A stretch of 64,000 bases of DNA from Eledone cirrhosa (lineage: Eukaryota), in contig OZ024743.1 in NCBI GenBank assembly GCA_964016885.1, forward strand, positions 301,320,001 through 301,384,000, written 5' to 3'. The stretch's first letter is position 1. Each line of letters starts with the position of its first letter. The notes beneath the pieces are model-generated. The model was given only the letters and a program-made list of their open reading frames with translations, did no database searches and was not told the origin of the DNA. Below are positions 39,901 through 52,504 of the stretch, one piece after another. Both the position numbers and the translations under genes were made by a program.

Positions 39901-41590
39901 CTTTAAAACGTGGACAGCTTACATTATTTCTGTCTATTTTCCTAATGAATATGCTGTCTATATACGATCTAGATGACCCTATGCGGTTAGTCCAGGTCCA
40001 CACTGGCTGATTAGGGAAATCTAGTCGGTACCTGTAAGACAGTTGGAACTGGCTGATCAGGCTCTTGAGGCTTTTGCACCCCCGCTCCTATCGGATACTC
40101 CCACACAGTCCCAGCGTGCGTCTAAGATGCCGTTACACTCCCCCGCTAACAGTAAAGGGCGAGACGTACCCAGAAAGGCTTCCAGGCGTCTAAAGAAGTC
40201 CGACCGTCTTGCCCCAGTAGGGGCATAGACGGCCACCAGTCTAAATGCACCACCTTCGTTATTGTTCACATCCAGGACCACCAACTTACCGTCCGGGTCC
40301 CGGAAGATCGACCTTACGGCAATTACGTCTATTTCTAGAGGCCTGACGTAGTTGAGCAGGTGACCCTGCTTCCAGGACGATCTGGCTTCGAACATTTAAA
40401 CTTCCTCCTCTTAATACGGCATGTTGGTAGGTTAAAAAGAGAGAAGAAAGGTTTACTTACCTTCCGGGCTCTTGTGAAGGTCGGGTTGTTCGACCTCCAT
40501 AGTTGGTGGGGTTTCTTTTGGGGAGCCCTTTAAAAGTCTTGACGTGGGTTCCTACGTGCCGAGGAAAGCTGTCTCGTATTTCTTTGTATAAATCGAGCGA
40601 CATTCGCACCAGAAGCAAATCTTCCAGCACGCGAAATGTGCTCGATTTGAAAATTCCCCCCTCTGTTTGTATATTTTCATTTCGTGCTATGAAGGCCATC
40701 AGTTCCTTGTTGGCCCTCTTGACGAGCACGAAGTTTTGTATATTTTGTTGGTGTGATTTGTTTGCGTGGGTGTGGTGGTGATGGTTTTGTTGGTGTTGTT
40801 TCGGTTATGCCTGTGTTTGATGTGAGTGCGTTGTCTGTGGTTTCAGATGTTTGTGTGTGTATTTGTTCTTGCGTCTGTTTAGGTTGTTTGCGTTTGTGGG
40901 ATTCTGGTGATGGTGATGGTGGTGTTGATGTTGGTGTTATTGGAAAGATGTTTGCGTGGGTGGTGTCTGCTTTTTTTTATGTTGGGTGATTTTGTGCTTT
41001 GTTGATTTTCTTTTTCTTTTTGTGTTTCCTTTTTGGTATTTTGGGTGATTTTGGTTTTCCCTCATCTTCACTACTGGTAGATGAGGTGTCTGTGTCTGCA
41101 AGTGTGAATGCGTGTGTGTTTATGTTTTTATTGGTGTGTGTATGTTGGATGGGAGGAGGAATTTGACAACTTTCCTGGATTCCCTCCTGGGTGGTAAATG
41201 TTGGTGATGGTCTTTCTATTGGTGTTGTTGTTGGTGGTTTTGCCGGTGCTGGTGTTGGTTGTGGTGCTCACCTCGGCGTCGGCAGCAGTGGGACCTTTAG
41301 ACCCCTTGCATCTTTTAGCAGTTGAGGGCAGAAGGCTCGCAAATGGGTTTTTTCCCCATAAGCAAAAAATGCGGCCTTTTGCCCTCGGTCATAATATGAA
41401 TGACCGTCCAATTCAGAAGGCGAATGTGGTCCGGGATTGTCTTCACATTATCGGGCCTGATCTGGAGAAGAATCACTTCTATCGGGACGGTATCCGTCCC
41501 CTCCACATTCACACATCCCAGAAGCCACCACATGTCATGTCCTGGTGGGATTCTGGATATTTGGGCTTTCAGGATCCGAACATACATATC
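36908..41590 (-). mobile_element. Tx1/L1-type LINE family 2, decayed
   Basis: APE (VYAPTG, WTWTN..YID, YSDH), RT (KSPGLDGLP, NFRPITVL, KAFDRVDH, YADD), RGGLGMP, WQCYRG; ORF1 remnant at 40457-41590; (ATT)n tail. Confidence 0.9.
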
Positions 41591-41731
41591 GAAAACTATT
41601 GGCTATCAAATTAGCGATGAATCTGTCTTTCTCCATACATTAAGTCGATGTTAAGTGCACCGTGGAGTCCTAAATAACTAGCCGAATCACCAAGAGTTGT
41701 GAAAAGGTGATGATAATATAAGTTATTATTT

Positions 41732-41905
41732 TTGATTTGGACACAAGGCAAATACTGTTGGTGTATAGGTAAGTGGATTAAATCGATGCGAGTGAATTTC
41801 AGGTACTTTATTTTATTGACGAAATACCGATGAAAGGCGAAGCTAACATCGGCGTTGAACACGTCAATGAATGTTATCCGATGCTCAAGCGGTTCTGCCA
41901 ATCCA
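41732..41905 (-). mobile_element. Old diverged SINE copy
   Basis: GTACTTTATTTTATTGAC..GATGAAAGGCGAAGCTAAC..CTGCCAATCCA resembles the other SINE copies. Confidence 0.65.
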
Positions 41906-41914
41906 GGTAGCCAC

Positions 41915-41973
41915 TTCTACTGCTGCTGCTGCTGCTACTACTACTACTACCACTACTACTACTACTACTACTG

Positions 41974-42015
<42 letters not shown>

Positions 42016-42080
42016 ATACGTTACTACTACTACTACTAATACTACTACTACTGCTGCTCTTGCTGCTGGTGCTGCTGCTG

Positions 42081-42125
<45 letters not shown>

Positions 42126-42199
42126 TTACTACTACTACTACTACTGCTGCTGCTACTAATACATTACTACTACTACTACTACTGCTCTTGCTGCTGCTG

Positions 42200-42291
<92 letters not shown>

Positions 42292-42512
42292 ACTGATGCT
42301 GATGTTGCTGTTTCTACTACTTCTACCACTACTACTACTACTTCTACTTATACATTACTACTACTACTACTACTACTACCATTACCACTGCTCTTGCTGC
42401 TGGTGCTGCTGTGGCTACTATTACTACTACTAATACTACTACTACTACTTCTACTAATACATTACTACTACTACTACTACTACTACTACTAATACGTCTG
42501 CTGCTGCTACTA
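41915..42512. repeat. Compound (CTA)n/(CTG)n/(TAA)n microsatellite
   Basis: Direct reading. Confidence 0.97.
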
Positions 42513-42576
42513 CAAGTACCACCAACACTTCTATATATATATATATATATAGATAGAGAGAGAGAGAGATGGAAAA

Positions 42577-43081
42577 AATGAAACGAAATTTTATTTCTCA
42601 CTCTTAGCACGGCTGTTACTTAAATATAAGTATGTATACGTACATACATATATGTATACAGACGTACAGTGGTATATATATATATATATATACATACATG
42701 CACACATGCACACATATATACAAGTACGTATGGATTCACCGAACATCCACTATAATGTCCGGTGTGTTTGTAAACCAAGCCGTACAGCGTCCAGCAACCA
42801 TGGCTGCTCAGCCCTTAATATGCACAAGGAAAGTATATATTTCCAGACGTTCAACCATCTGGCAGGTAGGTATACGTTGCTGACGATAGCTAATAAGCTT
42901 GAAATTAGTACAGCGTTCCTTTGTCAGTGTTGAACAAGTGAGCAGCGATGGTTGCTGGACGCTGTACGGCTTGGTTCGGGATGTTTGTTTACAATCACAC
43001 CGAGCATTATAATGGATGTTCGGTGAATCCATACGTACATGTATATATGTGTGCATGTATGTATATATATATATACACATG

Positions 43082-43130
<49 letters not shown>
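42577..43130. mobile_element. Unclassified fold-back element Y, copy 1
   Basis: Terminal motif AATGAAACGAAATTTTATTTCTCACTCTTAG; inverted arms ~42690-42809 and ~42941-43070; homologous to 60613-61181. Confidence 0.65.
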
Positions 43131-43135
<5 letters not shown>

Positions 43136-46100
43136 TCAACTTCTATATATTGATACGCCAATGTATATCGTATGAATAAACGAACGAATATATTGTAAAG
43201 TCCGCACTTAAACGAACGCATGCAAGATATTTAATTGCATGTAACAATGTAAATGATAAGTTCAATGGAATCTTTGGATATTTATCAAGCTGTTCATTAA
43301 TCGTACATCCAGCTAATCATTAGGTTACTCTGTGCTTGTTAATTTTCTATTAACGAGAACTATTGTTTCGTAGTTTGAGCATTTGATCAGATTTAAGTGG
43401 TACAATTGAACGTTGACCTATCGATGTTAAAAGTATGTCTCGCTGGAATAGTCCGGCCGTAACCTCCAGTATTATACGATCGATATTGTATCAGTCATGG
43501 ATATATTGATTTACATCTTTTATTCATACATTCATTATCCACTAATACACTTAAAGGATGCTTCGGCTATGAAAAAGTCGCTCATTAAAAATAGCAAACA
43601 CAATAATATTTAATGTACGGAGGGAAATCTTGATTTAGATGAGGAATTGTGAATGCAATAACAGCATGAAAAATAAGCTGTCGTTGAGTTGGTGTTGCAA
43701 TCCTGTCTCAATTAAGTGATGAAAAATATTTATCATAGTATAGAACATAATTGATTAAAGTTAAGGATTATAGTTTCAGTTATGGTAACATATAACTAAT
43801 AAAAATATATCATGAGTGTCTACAAATGTAATGTAAAAAAACAATTAAATAAAAGTTGTTTTTTTTTCTTTTCAAAATCTGTGAACGTTACGAATAAGAA
43901 ATGAAATGCAATTGCAGAAAGTTTGCGTGCAAACTGGTGAATAATTGACATCAAAACTATGAGGTCTAGGACATTATTCCCCATAAATAAATGTATAATA
44001 ATATATAAGATTGCATTTTTGTCAGAGAGGATAAACAATTAATACACATTCTGATATATCTGGAATTGTGTACACCGTTAAGAACCTGTTAATATTCCAA
44101 ACTGTATAATTATTTATAATTTCCCTATATGCAGATGTTGTTCCCTTTTTTCACAAATGCACGTTGTATTAAACGGATGTATCATATAGATGAAATCCAG
44201 TTATATTTTGTAAAAATATGAAACTTCTTATAACAATATAGATGGAGAGGATAGCTTTAGGTAATGAGAACATGCAAAAATATTATTGAATTATATACCA
44301 CTCAATCTCTAATTCGATTCTTATATATCTTTAAACTACTTTTATGAGAACGTTCAATTTACTTAAAGAAAATTGTGAAATTTACTAATTATTATTTGTC
44401 TTCATTCAAATTGGGTATAATGACGTAAGTATTCATTTGATAGACTCATAAACTTTCCGTACACCATGAATATTTCAACAAATAACGAACTAACCATATG
44501 TTTGTGTTTTTATGTTAAATTCATAGTTCATCCATGTATCCTAACTACAAATTCTAGTGAATGATGAATGATATTGGATTTTCGAATGCGTTATCAATAT
44601 ATTCTAGATTCTTATCACGTTGTATTCCGTAGATAAATTATATTTAAAGCCGTATATGGTGAACAATTCCTGAAATATAATTTCTTGAAATGGTGTTAAT
44701 TATATGATGGTAAAATGAGTTGATTAGAAAATTAAAGAAATTGATACATCGGGTAACATTATTTATCTAGGATGGGATAATATTATCGTACATCAATATC
44801 GGTATATATATTGTTTTATGTACACTAACATCAGATTTTAATGGCTGATTTTCAAAACAGATTCTGTCAGAGAACTGCCTTAACATTATATCAGTCTGTG
44901 CAATACAGAACCTTTGCACATTAATTTCACACGCAATCGCTAAGAATCTTTATTAAATAAATGTTTATCGTGTAAATTAACAGAAAAAGGACCACCGTTA
45001 CTAAGATTGAACGCATGCATTTTTCGATAGAATTGATTTTAGTCTCAATCGAAGGTCACAATCAAGTGGATAGAACGCTATAATATGCATGGACATTTTA
45101 TGTAAGGAATCATTAATCAAAGTGAATTGAACGAGAACATTGTCTATCTGATATAAGTTTTAAGGAAGTGTAAATTCATATTAAAGACAAACATAGATTG
45201 TTTTGAAAGATATCCGTACTCCGATACAGAAATCTAGTAGAAAATTAAATATTCATATGGAGTTATTTAGCAAGTAAGAATGTGAGCAAATATGATTGGA
45301 GTATAAACCGTTCAATCGTGATTTAAATTCATAGGTGACTATTCCTTCCTTCACCATATCCTACGCTTATTAATTGCTAATAATATGGAATTGAAATATC
45401 ATCTCAAGATTTTATTAATCGATTTCCGGAAGGAAACGCCATCTGCAAGCTACTCTATAATATCGGCATATCTAACAAATTGTCATTAATCTCCTTGAGT
45501 TCTGAATGCATTCTTTCATGTGCTTAACGATCAAATCAGGCAAATCAGATTTATTCTTGTTTGATACCGGTATAGTCTACGTAGTAAGAGTTGTCACTAT
45601 TTTGTACAATGGTATTATTGACTGTGTTAAGTAAATGTCTGTACGATCATGACGATGTGCCTGTTCAATATTATTAAGCACAGTAAAACGTCAAATTTTG
45701 AGTTCATTGTTTTATTTTTACTTTATTTCTTTTTATTTAGACGTGGGTGTTGACATACACTGAAAATCGTGTATGATCCTGTAGGGGCCACATATTGATA
45801 TACGGTGTTTCTAGAGCATGATGTAAAACAGGTGGAGCTCAGTTCCTCACAAGTTCTGAATAGTGCAGATTTCTTCCAGAAAAGGCTAGAGAGTAAAAGG
45901 AGGAAACGAGAAGTATATATAGACGAAGAACCGATGCCAGTACCAGACTGTTGGTTTTTATCGACCTTGAGTAGTATAAAAGCATATATATATATATATA
46001 TATATATGTCGTTTCTGAATTTGTTTAGCAAGATTCTTTATCTGAAATCGTGTGTTGAAACCGATATTGTTATACTTTGGGAGGGTCATGTTGCCAATAA

Positions 46101-46216
46101 GAAACACACGCACCGGTTGCTTTCACTTCAATTTATTAAAATAAATTTATAAATTTATAAATTTATACATTTCTGGTTGGTTGGTTGGTTCCACAACCAG
46201 ATAGTTGTTTATATAT

Positions 46217-46261
46217 AGTCATAGTTCTTTCGTCACACACTATGTGACCTCTTCAGTGACT
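46217..46261 (-). ncRNA. Minimal type I hammerhead ribozyme motif
   Basis: agtca CTGAAGA g-gtcaca-tagtg-tgtgac GAAA gaac TA tgact. Confidence 0.75.
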
Positions 46262-46476
46262 GGGGATTCCTTTCTTTGTTTCTGTGCCTCTCCTTTGTTC
46301 TGTCCTACACCATTTTGTTTCTGTGTGTGTGTTGTGTGCTCAGTCTGCGCATGCGCCACATCCGGATGTCTGTGTGTGTGTTTATGTTCATTTATTTATT
46401 TGTTTATTTACCTGTTACTACAAAATGGCGTAGGACAGAACAAAGGAGAGGCACAGAAACAAAGAAAGAAATCCCC

Positions 46477-46521
46477 AGTCACTGAAGAGGTCACATAGTG
46501 TGCGACGAAAGAACTATGACT
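46477..46521 (+). ncRNA. Minimal type I hammerhead ribozyme motif
   Basis: agtca CTGAAGA ggtcacatagtgtgcgac GAAA gaac TA tgact; 5 bp stem I. Confidence 0.72.
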
Positions 46522-46733
46522 ATATATAAACAACTATCTGGTTGTAGAACCAACCAACCAACCAGAAATTTATAAATGTATAAATTTATTATAATAAATT
46601 GAAGTGAAAGCATCTTGTGCGTGTGTTTCTTATTGGCAACATGACCCTCCCAAAGTATAACAATATATATATATGCTTTTCCACTACTCAAGGTCGATAA
46701 AAGCAACAGTCTGGTACTGGCATTGGTTCTTCG

Positions 46734-46772
<39 letters not shown>

Positions 46773-46829
46773 TGACATACATATCAATTTCACACATATA
46801 CGAGATATATATACGAGTGTTGAAGTATA

Positions 46830-47721
46830 AAGATGTGTTTTCACTTCTCTCCTCGAGTAAGCAGCAAGTCACACAGCTACAAAACAAAACCAAAATACCA
46901 AATTGACCGGTTATTTACATTTACATACATCTATATTCTTATATATTTGAAACCACGTATTTACCAACTTGTGAGTACATTTTCCTTTAACTACAAATTA
47001 TTATATACTTTCGTCTTTTCATTAATTTCATTAATTTCAAACAACCAAATAAACAGGATATATTTATATACTCATATTTATATATACACTTCTCACTCAC
47101 ACACAAGAAAAACAAAAAAAAAATATATTGAAATACTTAACTAAAACACATACACACACAAAACTAGAATGGCTAACCAGCAAAAATCCAAACAAAACTG
47201 GTCTGATTATGAAATCGACATTCTAATAAACACATGGCATTGCCTTACCCAAACAGAAGACATAGATGCTTCATGTCTGAACCAAATTGCTAAACGTACA
47301 GTTCACCTTTTGAAAACCCGATCTGAACAACAGATTCAAAATAAATTAAAGCAAATCGAAGTTGCTTTTAAATTAATCAATAAACATTTGGATGAACTAC
47401 GGTGTGTTTTTTCTTCGGATGCTGTCCAGCATCAGCAGCAGCAACCACATCAACAACAACAACAGCAGCAACAACTGCAACAACAACAACAGCTACAACA
47501 ACAACAGGAACAACAACAACAACAACAGCAACAACAACAGCAACAACAACAACGGCAACAACAACAACAACAGTGTGAACCACTCCTTGATTCATCAACA
47601 ATGGCCGATCTACTAAATGAAACTATTGACCTCCCAGTAGCCACTGTCTCACAGCAGGAAACGCCTCTTCCTTTCTTTACCCCAGCAGTCCAATCATCAC
47701 CACTGCCAACATCTCCTCTGC

Positions 47722-47800
<79 letters not shown>

Positions 47801-50115
47801 ATCTTTGCCTACTGCTATCTCATGGAATGTACCTTCTAATAGCATTACAAGAACTCTCCCTCCCACAGCCCCAAAAGGTCGTCAAAACCTACTCAAACTA
47901 TCATCTACACCTCTCACACCTCTCACAACACACACACACACATACACACCCACTCGAAACCCCATCATTTGCCGCTACTCTCTACGCTATAGAATATGTA
48001 TGGATAGTGGCTGCAAATTCACCCATTTACCTAGGACAAAACGGTCTATCCCCACAAACAGCCACCACCATAATACATACTCTAATTTAACACCAACACA
48101 ACCACCAATAACTGAAACAAAGAATCCACAAATCTGCCGCTTTTTCCTGCGAGACAGATTGTGTTTACACCGGGATTGTCCCTTTACCCATCTCCCGGAG
48201 ACACGTCGGACAAATGAAAATAAAAATAAAAATAAAAGCAAAAACAAAAACCATAACCTACATAAAAATAACCACTACGACAGTCACCAACTGTCTCCTA
48301 AACAGTAAACTACTTCCTCTTTTTTAGCCATAATGAATCTGGCAAAAGAACTGGAAAAAAGCATTCGAGCTATCACCCAGCACCACCCTCCACTAACACC
48401 CCACTGCACAAACTCCCATTGCTGCCATTAACAAACAAACAAATTAACAACACACCAAAACAATTAAAACCATCCACTGTCGCCTCAACATTTTTGCTTA
48501 TCGCCCAAGGCATCAGCCCTTCCACCAATACTCAAAAATGGAAGATCAAATTCCTGGAGGACTGGGTTGATGTCCATCGAAACCACATCCCTTTCTTCGT
48601 CCTCACTGAAACCCATCTCAGTAACCTCCACTTGGAAGCCGAGGTGAAAGTGAAAAATGTCAAAGCCATCCGTGCTGATCGCGCTGGCTGAAGAAAGGGT
48701 GGGACTGCCATTTATGTCCATAATTCTTTCTCAACAGAGGCTATGAACATATTTTCTAATGGATACTGTGAAGCAGTCACTGTATTCAGTCAAACCAACA
48801 ACCTTATAGTAGTTGGGCTCTATAGGCCACCCCAAACGCCTCTACCATACTTCAAGTAATGCCCGAACATCATAAAGTGTTTCATCCAAGAGTGTCACCC
48901 CGACAACATCTTAATGATGGGGGTCTTCAACCTCCCCGGAGTTGACTGGTCCAGAAACAGCCTGCCACCAGGTTCTTCTGCCTCAATCTCTAACAGGGAA
49001 GCAGTGGAATCGCTTCTTGACTTCATGGATGATTTCTTCCTGTCCCAACTGGTGCTCGAACCAACGCGGTGCCACAAAAACGTCCTAGACTTAATTTTCA
49101 GCAATCACGCTGACACTATCCACAATGTTGCAGTGGAGAAAACTCTACTCTCTGATCATGACATGGTTCTCTGTGATCTGAGATCCCACCGTCCAATATA
49201 CAAACCCAATGTCATCACTCCTGTCCATCCGTTTGACGCTATGGATTTCCACAATGCAAACTGGGAAGCGATCAGTCATGATCTTGCACATGTCGACTGG
49301 TCCGTCACGCACACTCACACACCCACTAACATCAAACAGTCCTGGCAGAGATTTGTGGACACTGTTACAAACATATATGCAAAACACACCCCATTAAGAA
49401 CTATAAACAAATCTAAGAGCAGAATCCCTAGAAATAGGAAAACGCTCATCAGAAAAATTAAGAGAACTAACAAAAAAATCAACAAACTGAAACTGTCAGC
49501 AGCAACACATCAACTTGACTGCCATTTCATCACTAGAGATTCAAAAAGATAACCTACAAAACAATATGATGTCTATCATCAACAATCAGAGAAGAGCTGA
49601 AGAGGCCTGGGCCATTGAGAAGATCAAACTCAATCCCAAAGTGTTCTCTTCATTTGCAAAAAAACACAAAATCACTGGCTCTACTGTTGGCCCTCTAATT
49701 GATGAAAATGGCACTCTTCAAGACAATGCTAAAACCATGGGTGAGATACTGCAGAAACAATACTGCTCTGTTTTCTCAGTAGAATGTTGTAATCAACCCT
49801 GTCAAAGGCCTTGCTGAAATCAAGGTAGATAACATCAGTGTTGGAACCCTCTCCCAAGGCTCTCAAAATGTCATCAAAGTGATGCAGTAGCTGCGTCAGG
49901 CAATCCCTTCTATTACGGAATCCATGCTGGTTGGAGTTCAGCATATTGTTACTCTCAAGAAAGTGGGTCATTCGCGATCTCACCACTCTCTCAAATACCT
50001 TAATGATATGAGAGGTGAGTGAGATTGGACGGTAATTCACGGCAAGGGATTTGTTTCCTTTTTAGAAAACTGGGACAAAAGACTGGGATAGAAGGTGTTG
50101 CCAAAGCACCTCTGC
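46830..50115 (+). mobile_element. CR1-group (CR1/L2/Crack-like) LINE, 5' part, with an inverted RT fragment
   Basis: ORF1, then APE (LTETHL, GLYRPP, GVFNLPGVDW, PTR..LDLIF, SDH); RT motifs NYRPISLTS, QHGFR, YLDFSKAFD on - strand at 49775-50115; 5' boundary uncertain. Confidence 0.85.
47169..48308 (+). CDS. LINE ORF1-like protein, 379 aa: Myb/SANT-like N-terminus, polyQ, polyT, two C-x8-C-x4-C-x3-H fingers
   Basis: Open frame; WSDYEIDILINTW..RSEQQIQNKL; CRYSLRYRICMDSGCKFTH and CRFFLRDRLCLHRDCPFTH; lies directly upstream of the APE domain. Confidence 0.7.
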
Positions 50116-50349
50116 TTGTAGTATATATGATGCCCAATGTTATATAAACTTCTTTCTATCACGGTCAAAATGAAAAACAAAAGGAAAAGAAAAAACATGG
50201 TGACATTTTAGTCGATTAAATTGATTCTAGAGCAACAATTTAACATAATGTTTTCAACATCGGAAGGTTGAAACGGAAGGAAAACACATCTTCATGTAAA
50301 ATACTACATACATAGTGCTAATATTAATAGTACATATTACGGCCCTTTA

Positions 50350-50470
50350 TGGTCTCAGTTGAAATCCAGCCGAGGTTAACTTTTCTTTTCATCCTTACGG
50401 GGTCGATAAAATAGTGTACCAGTAATGCACTGTGATAATTGCTGGCTTTGTACCAAACGTAGAAACATTA
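50350..50470 (+). mobile_element. SINE, 5'-truncated
   Basis: CCGAGGTTAAC..TTCATCCTTACGGGGTCGATAAAATA..GTAGAAACATTA. Confidence 0.8.
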
Positions 50471-51282
50471 CTAATAGTACATATTACCGTATCACGTTAT
50501 TTCCCGTATTGAACATCAGTTCTCATATTGGACGCATTGTATTCTCTAAGAATTCGTTATAATGAGGAGAAAAATAAGAGATGCAACTTCGGACCTCAGG
50601 TTAATGTCAGCACATATTTTAGACAGTTCTAATAATTTACCTCAACTCGTGTAGTGAGATCCTACTTTTATGATTTCTTATATATTAACTTTCAATACTA
50701 TGCAACACTAACTAAACAACATTGCAGGTAATTCACTGCTTCTTTCAAATGGTATATTTTTTCCGCTTTCTGCATTCTATCATTATTCAACACATGAATA
50801 TGCCGTCTTCACTTTGCAGATCTAATACGCGTTCCTGAGTTATGCATCTTCTCATTCAGAATACTAATTGCTTTCAAATAAGATTCCAATTTTTCCTAGG
50901 CGCTTTGGAAATTCAATAGAACATTTCGCCTTTTCTTTCTATTTTATGCTAGTATCCTCACTGTTTCCATCAAAGTTATTTTACAATTTCATATGCACTT
51001 ATCTTTTCATATTTCTTAAAGTAGGTACGGATATATCATCCATCCACCCATCTATGAACATATGAAATTATGAATCTATCTAATTATCTATCAAACTCGA
51101 ATAAACTCTATGATTTAGCTCCCCAGTTTCTCTTTCTTTCTATTATATATATAAAAAAAAAAAAATATATATATATAGAGAGAGAGAGAGAGTATGCTGG
51201 CTGTTTACCGACACCTAAGTATGCAGATTGGAGCACTCGACGAAGTACGCAGGTTGGTTTGTTTACTCCGGTGTAATGTAAA

Positions 51283-51472
51283 TTAATTGTTTCTACTTTT
51301 GGAACAAGGCCAGCAATTATTCCAGTGCATTAGTGATACTTTATTTTATCGACCCCGTAAGGATGAAAGGCAAAGTTAACCTCGGCGGGATTTGAACTTA
51401 GAATGGCAAGGGCAGTAACTCTATGCGTCAAAGCATGGCATCCGACCCTCTACCGATACTGCCAACCCACCA
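51283..51472 (-). mobile_element. Full SINE with apparent TSD GTAATGTAAA, inserted into a PLE-tail repeat
   Basis: GTAATGTAAA at 51272-51281 and 51478-51487; the flanks rejoin to match 61315-61445. Confidence 0.85.
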
Positions 51473-51961
51473 TTGAGTAATGTAAAATAATTAAGTCATA
51501 TATGTAAAATTTGGCTTCGTTTATTATAAATGATAGATATACCCCATATATGTATATATATGTATAAACACACACATACACACACATATATGTTAATACG
51601 TTAATACTTCACTAAGAATTCAAGTGTTCACAACTTCCTTATTTACGAAATTACATAATACGTATGTTTGTTGTGAAATCGTCATGTCTTGATACCATGG
51701 CGCAAACCATGAAAGGTCGCCTTCAGATGGCCCATAAGGTAATCCATTTTTAAGGCAGAGTATTGTATTAATATATAGATATTGTTATTCCAAATGCTGG
51801 CCGTCTTATGAATGCATAGTTCCTCCCTGATGCTGTTGTAGCAGACAACACACTTGTGTTTTCAAGATTCATCAACTAGACTGCTGTATCAGGCCGAGAA
51901 GCGCGGTATTGTTTAAGGTCAAGAATAACAGACATCAATACAATTTAACATTTAGTTTGAT

Positions 51962-52049
<88 letters not shown>

Positions 52050-52068
52050 TGTGTGTATGTGTGTGTGT

Positions 52069-52117
<49 letters not shown>

Positions 52118-52140
52118 TGTGCGTGTGTGTGTGTGTGTGA
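51962..52140. repeat. (TA)n(TG)n microsatellite
   Basis: Direct reading. Confidence 0.95.
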
Positions 52141-52442
52141 ACACAACATTTCTATGTTACGTTATTAGATCATTTTAAATTGACATTTAATGTTGTGCTA
52201 TATTTAAATACAAGAACACACCAAAACTGATACGAGAGCTCTATTAAGTTGTAGAATGTCTATCACACTTTTGTTTCTATGATATATTTTCATAGGTCAT
52301 ATGGATGCGTAACATTATAAAAATGTATTATAAAAACGCCCATACACACACAGAAACACACACACACACACATACACGTGTGCACACACGCACACGCGCA
52401 CACACACATATATACGACATACACACGCACACACACGCACGC

Positions 52443-52499
<57 letters not shown>

Positions 52500-52504
<5 letters not shown>

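Larger units (their letters stand above)
45921..46735. mobile_element. Palindrome of Penelope-like LTR sequence (arms ~45921-46320 and ~46419-46735)
   Basis: Arms are reverse complements; each carries a hammerhead motif. Confidence 0.75.

Noticed and set aside
43130-45900. AT-rich unique region as a gene or element (likewise 24200-25750)
   Set aside because: No ORF, termini or repeat structure that I can support.
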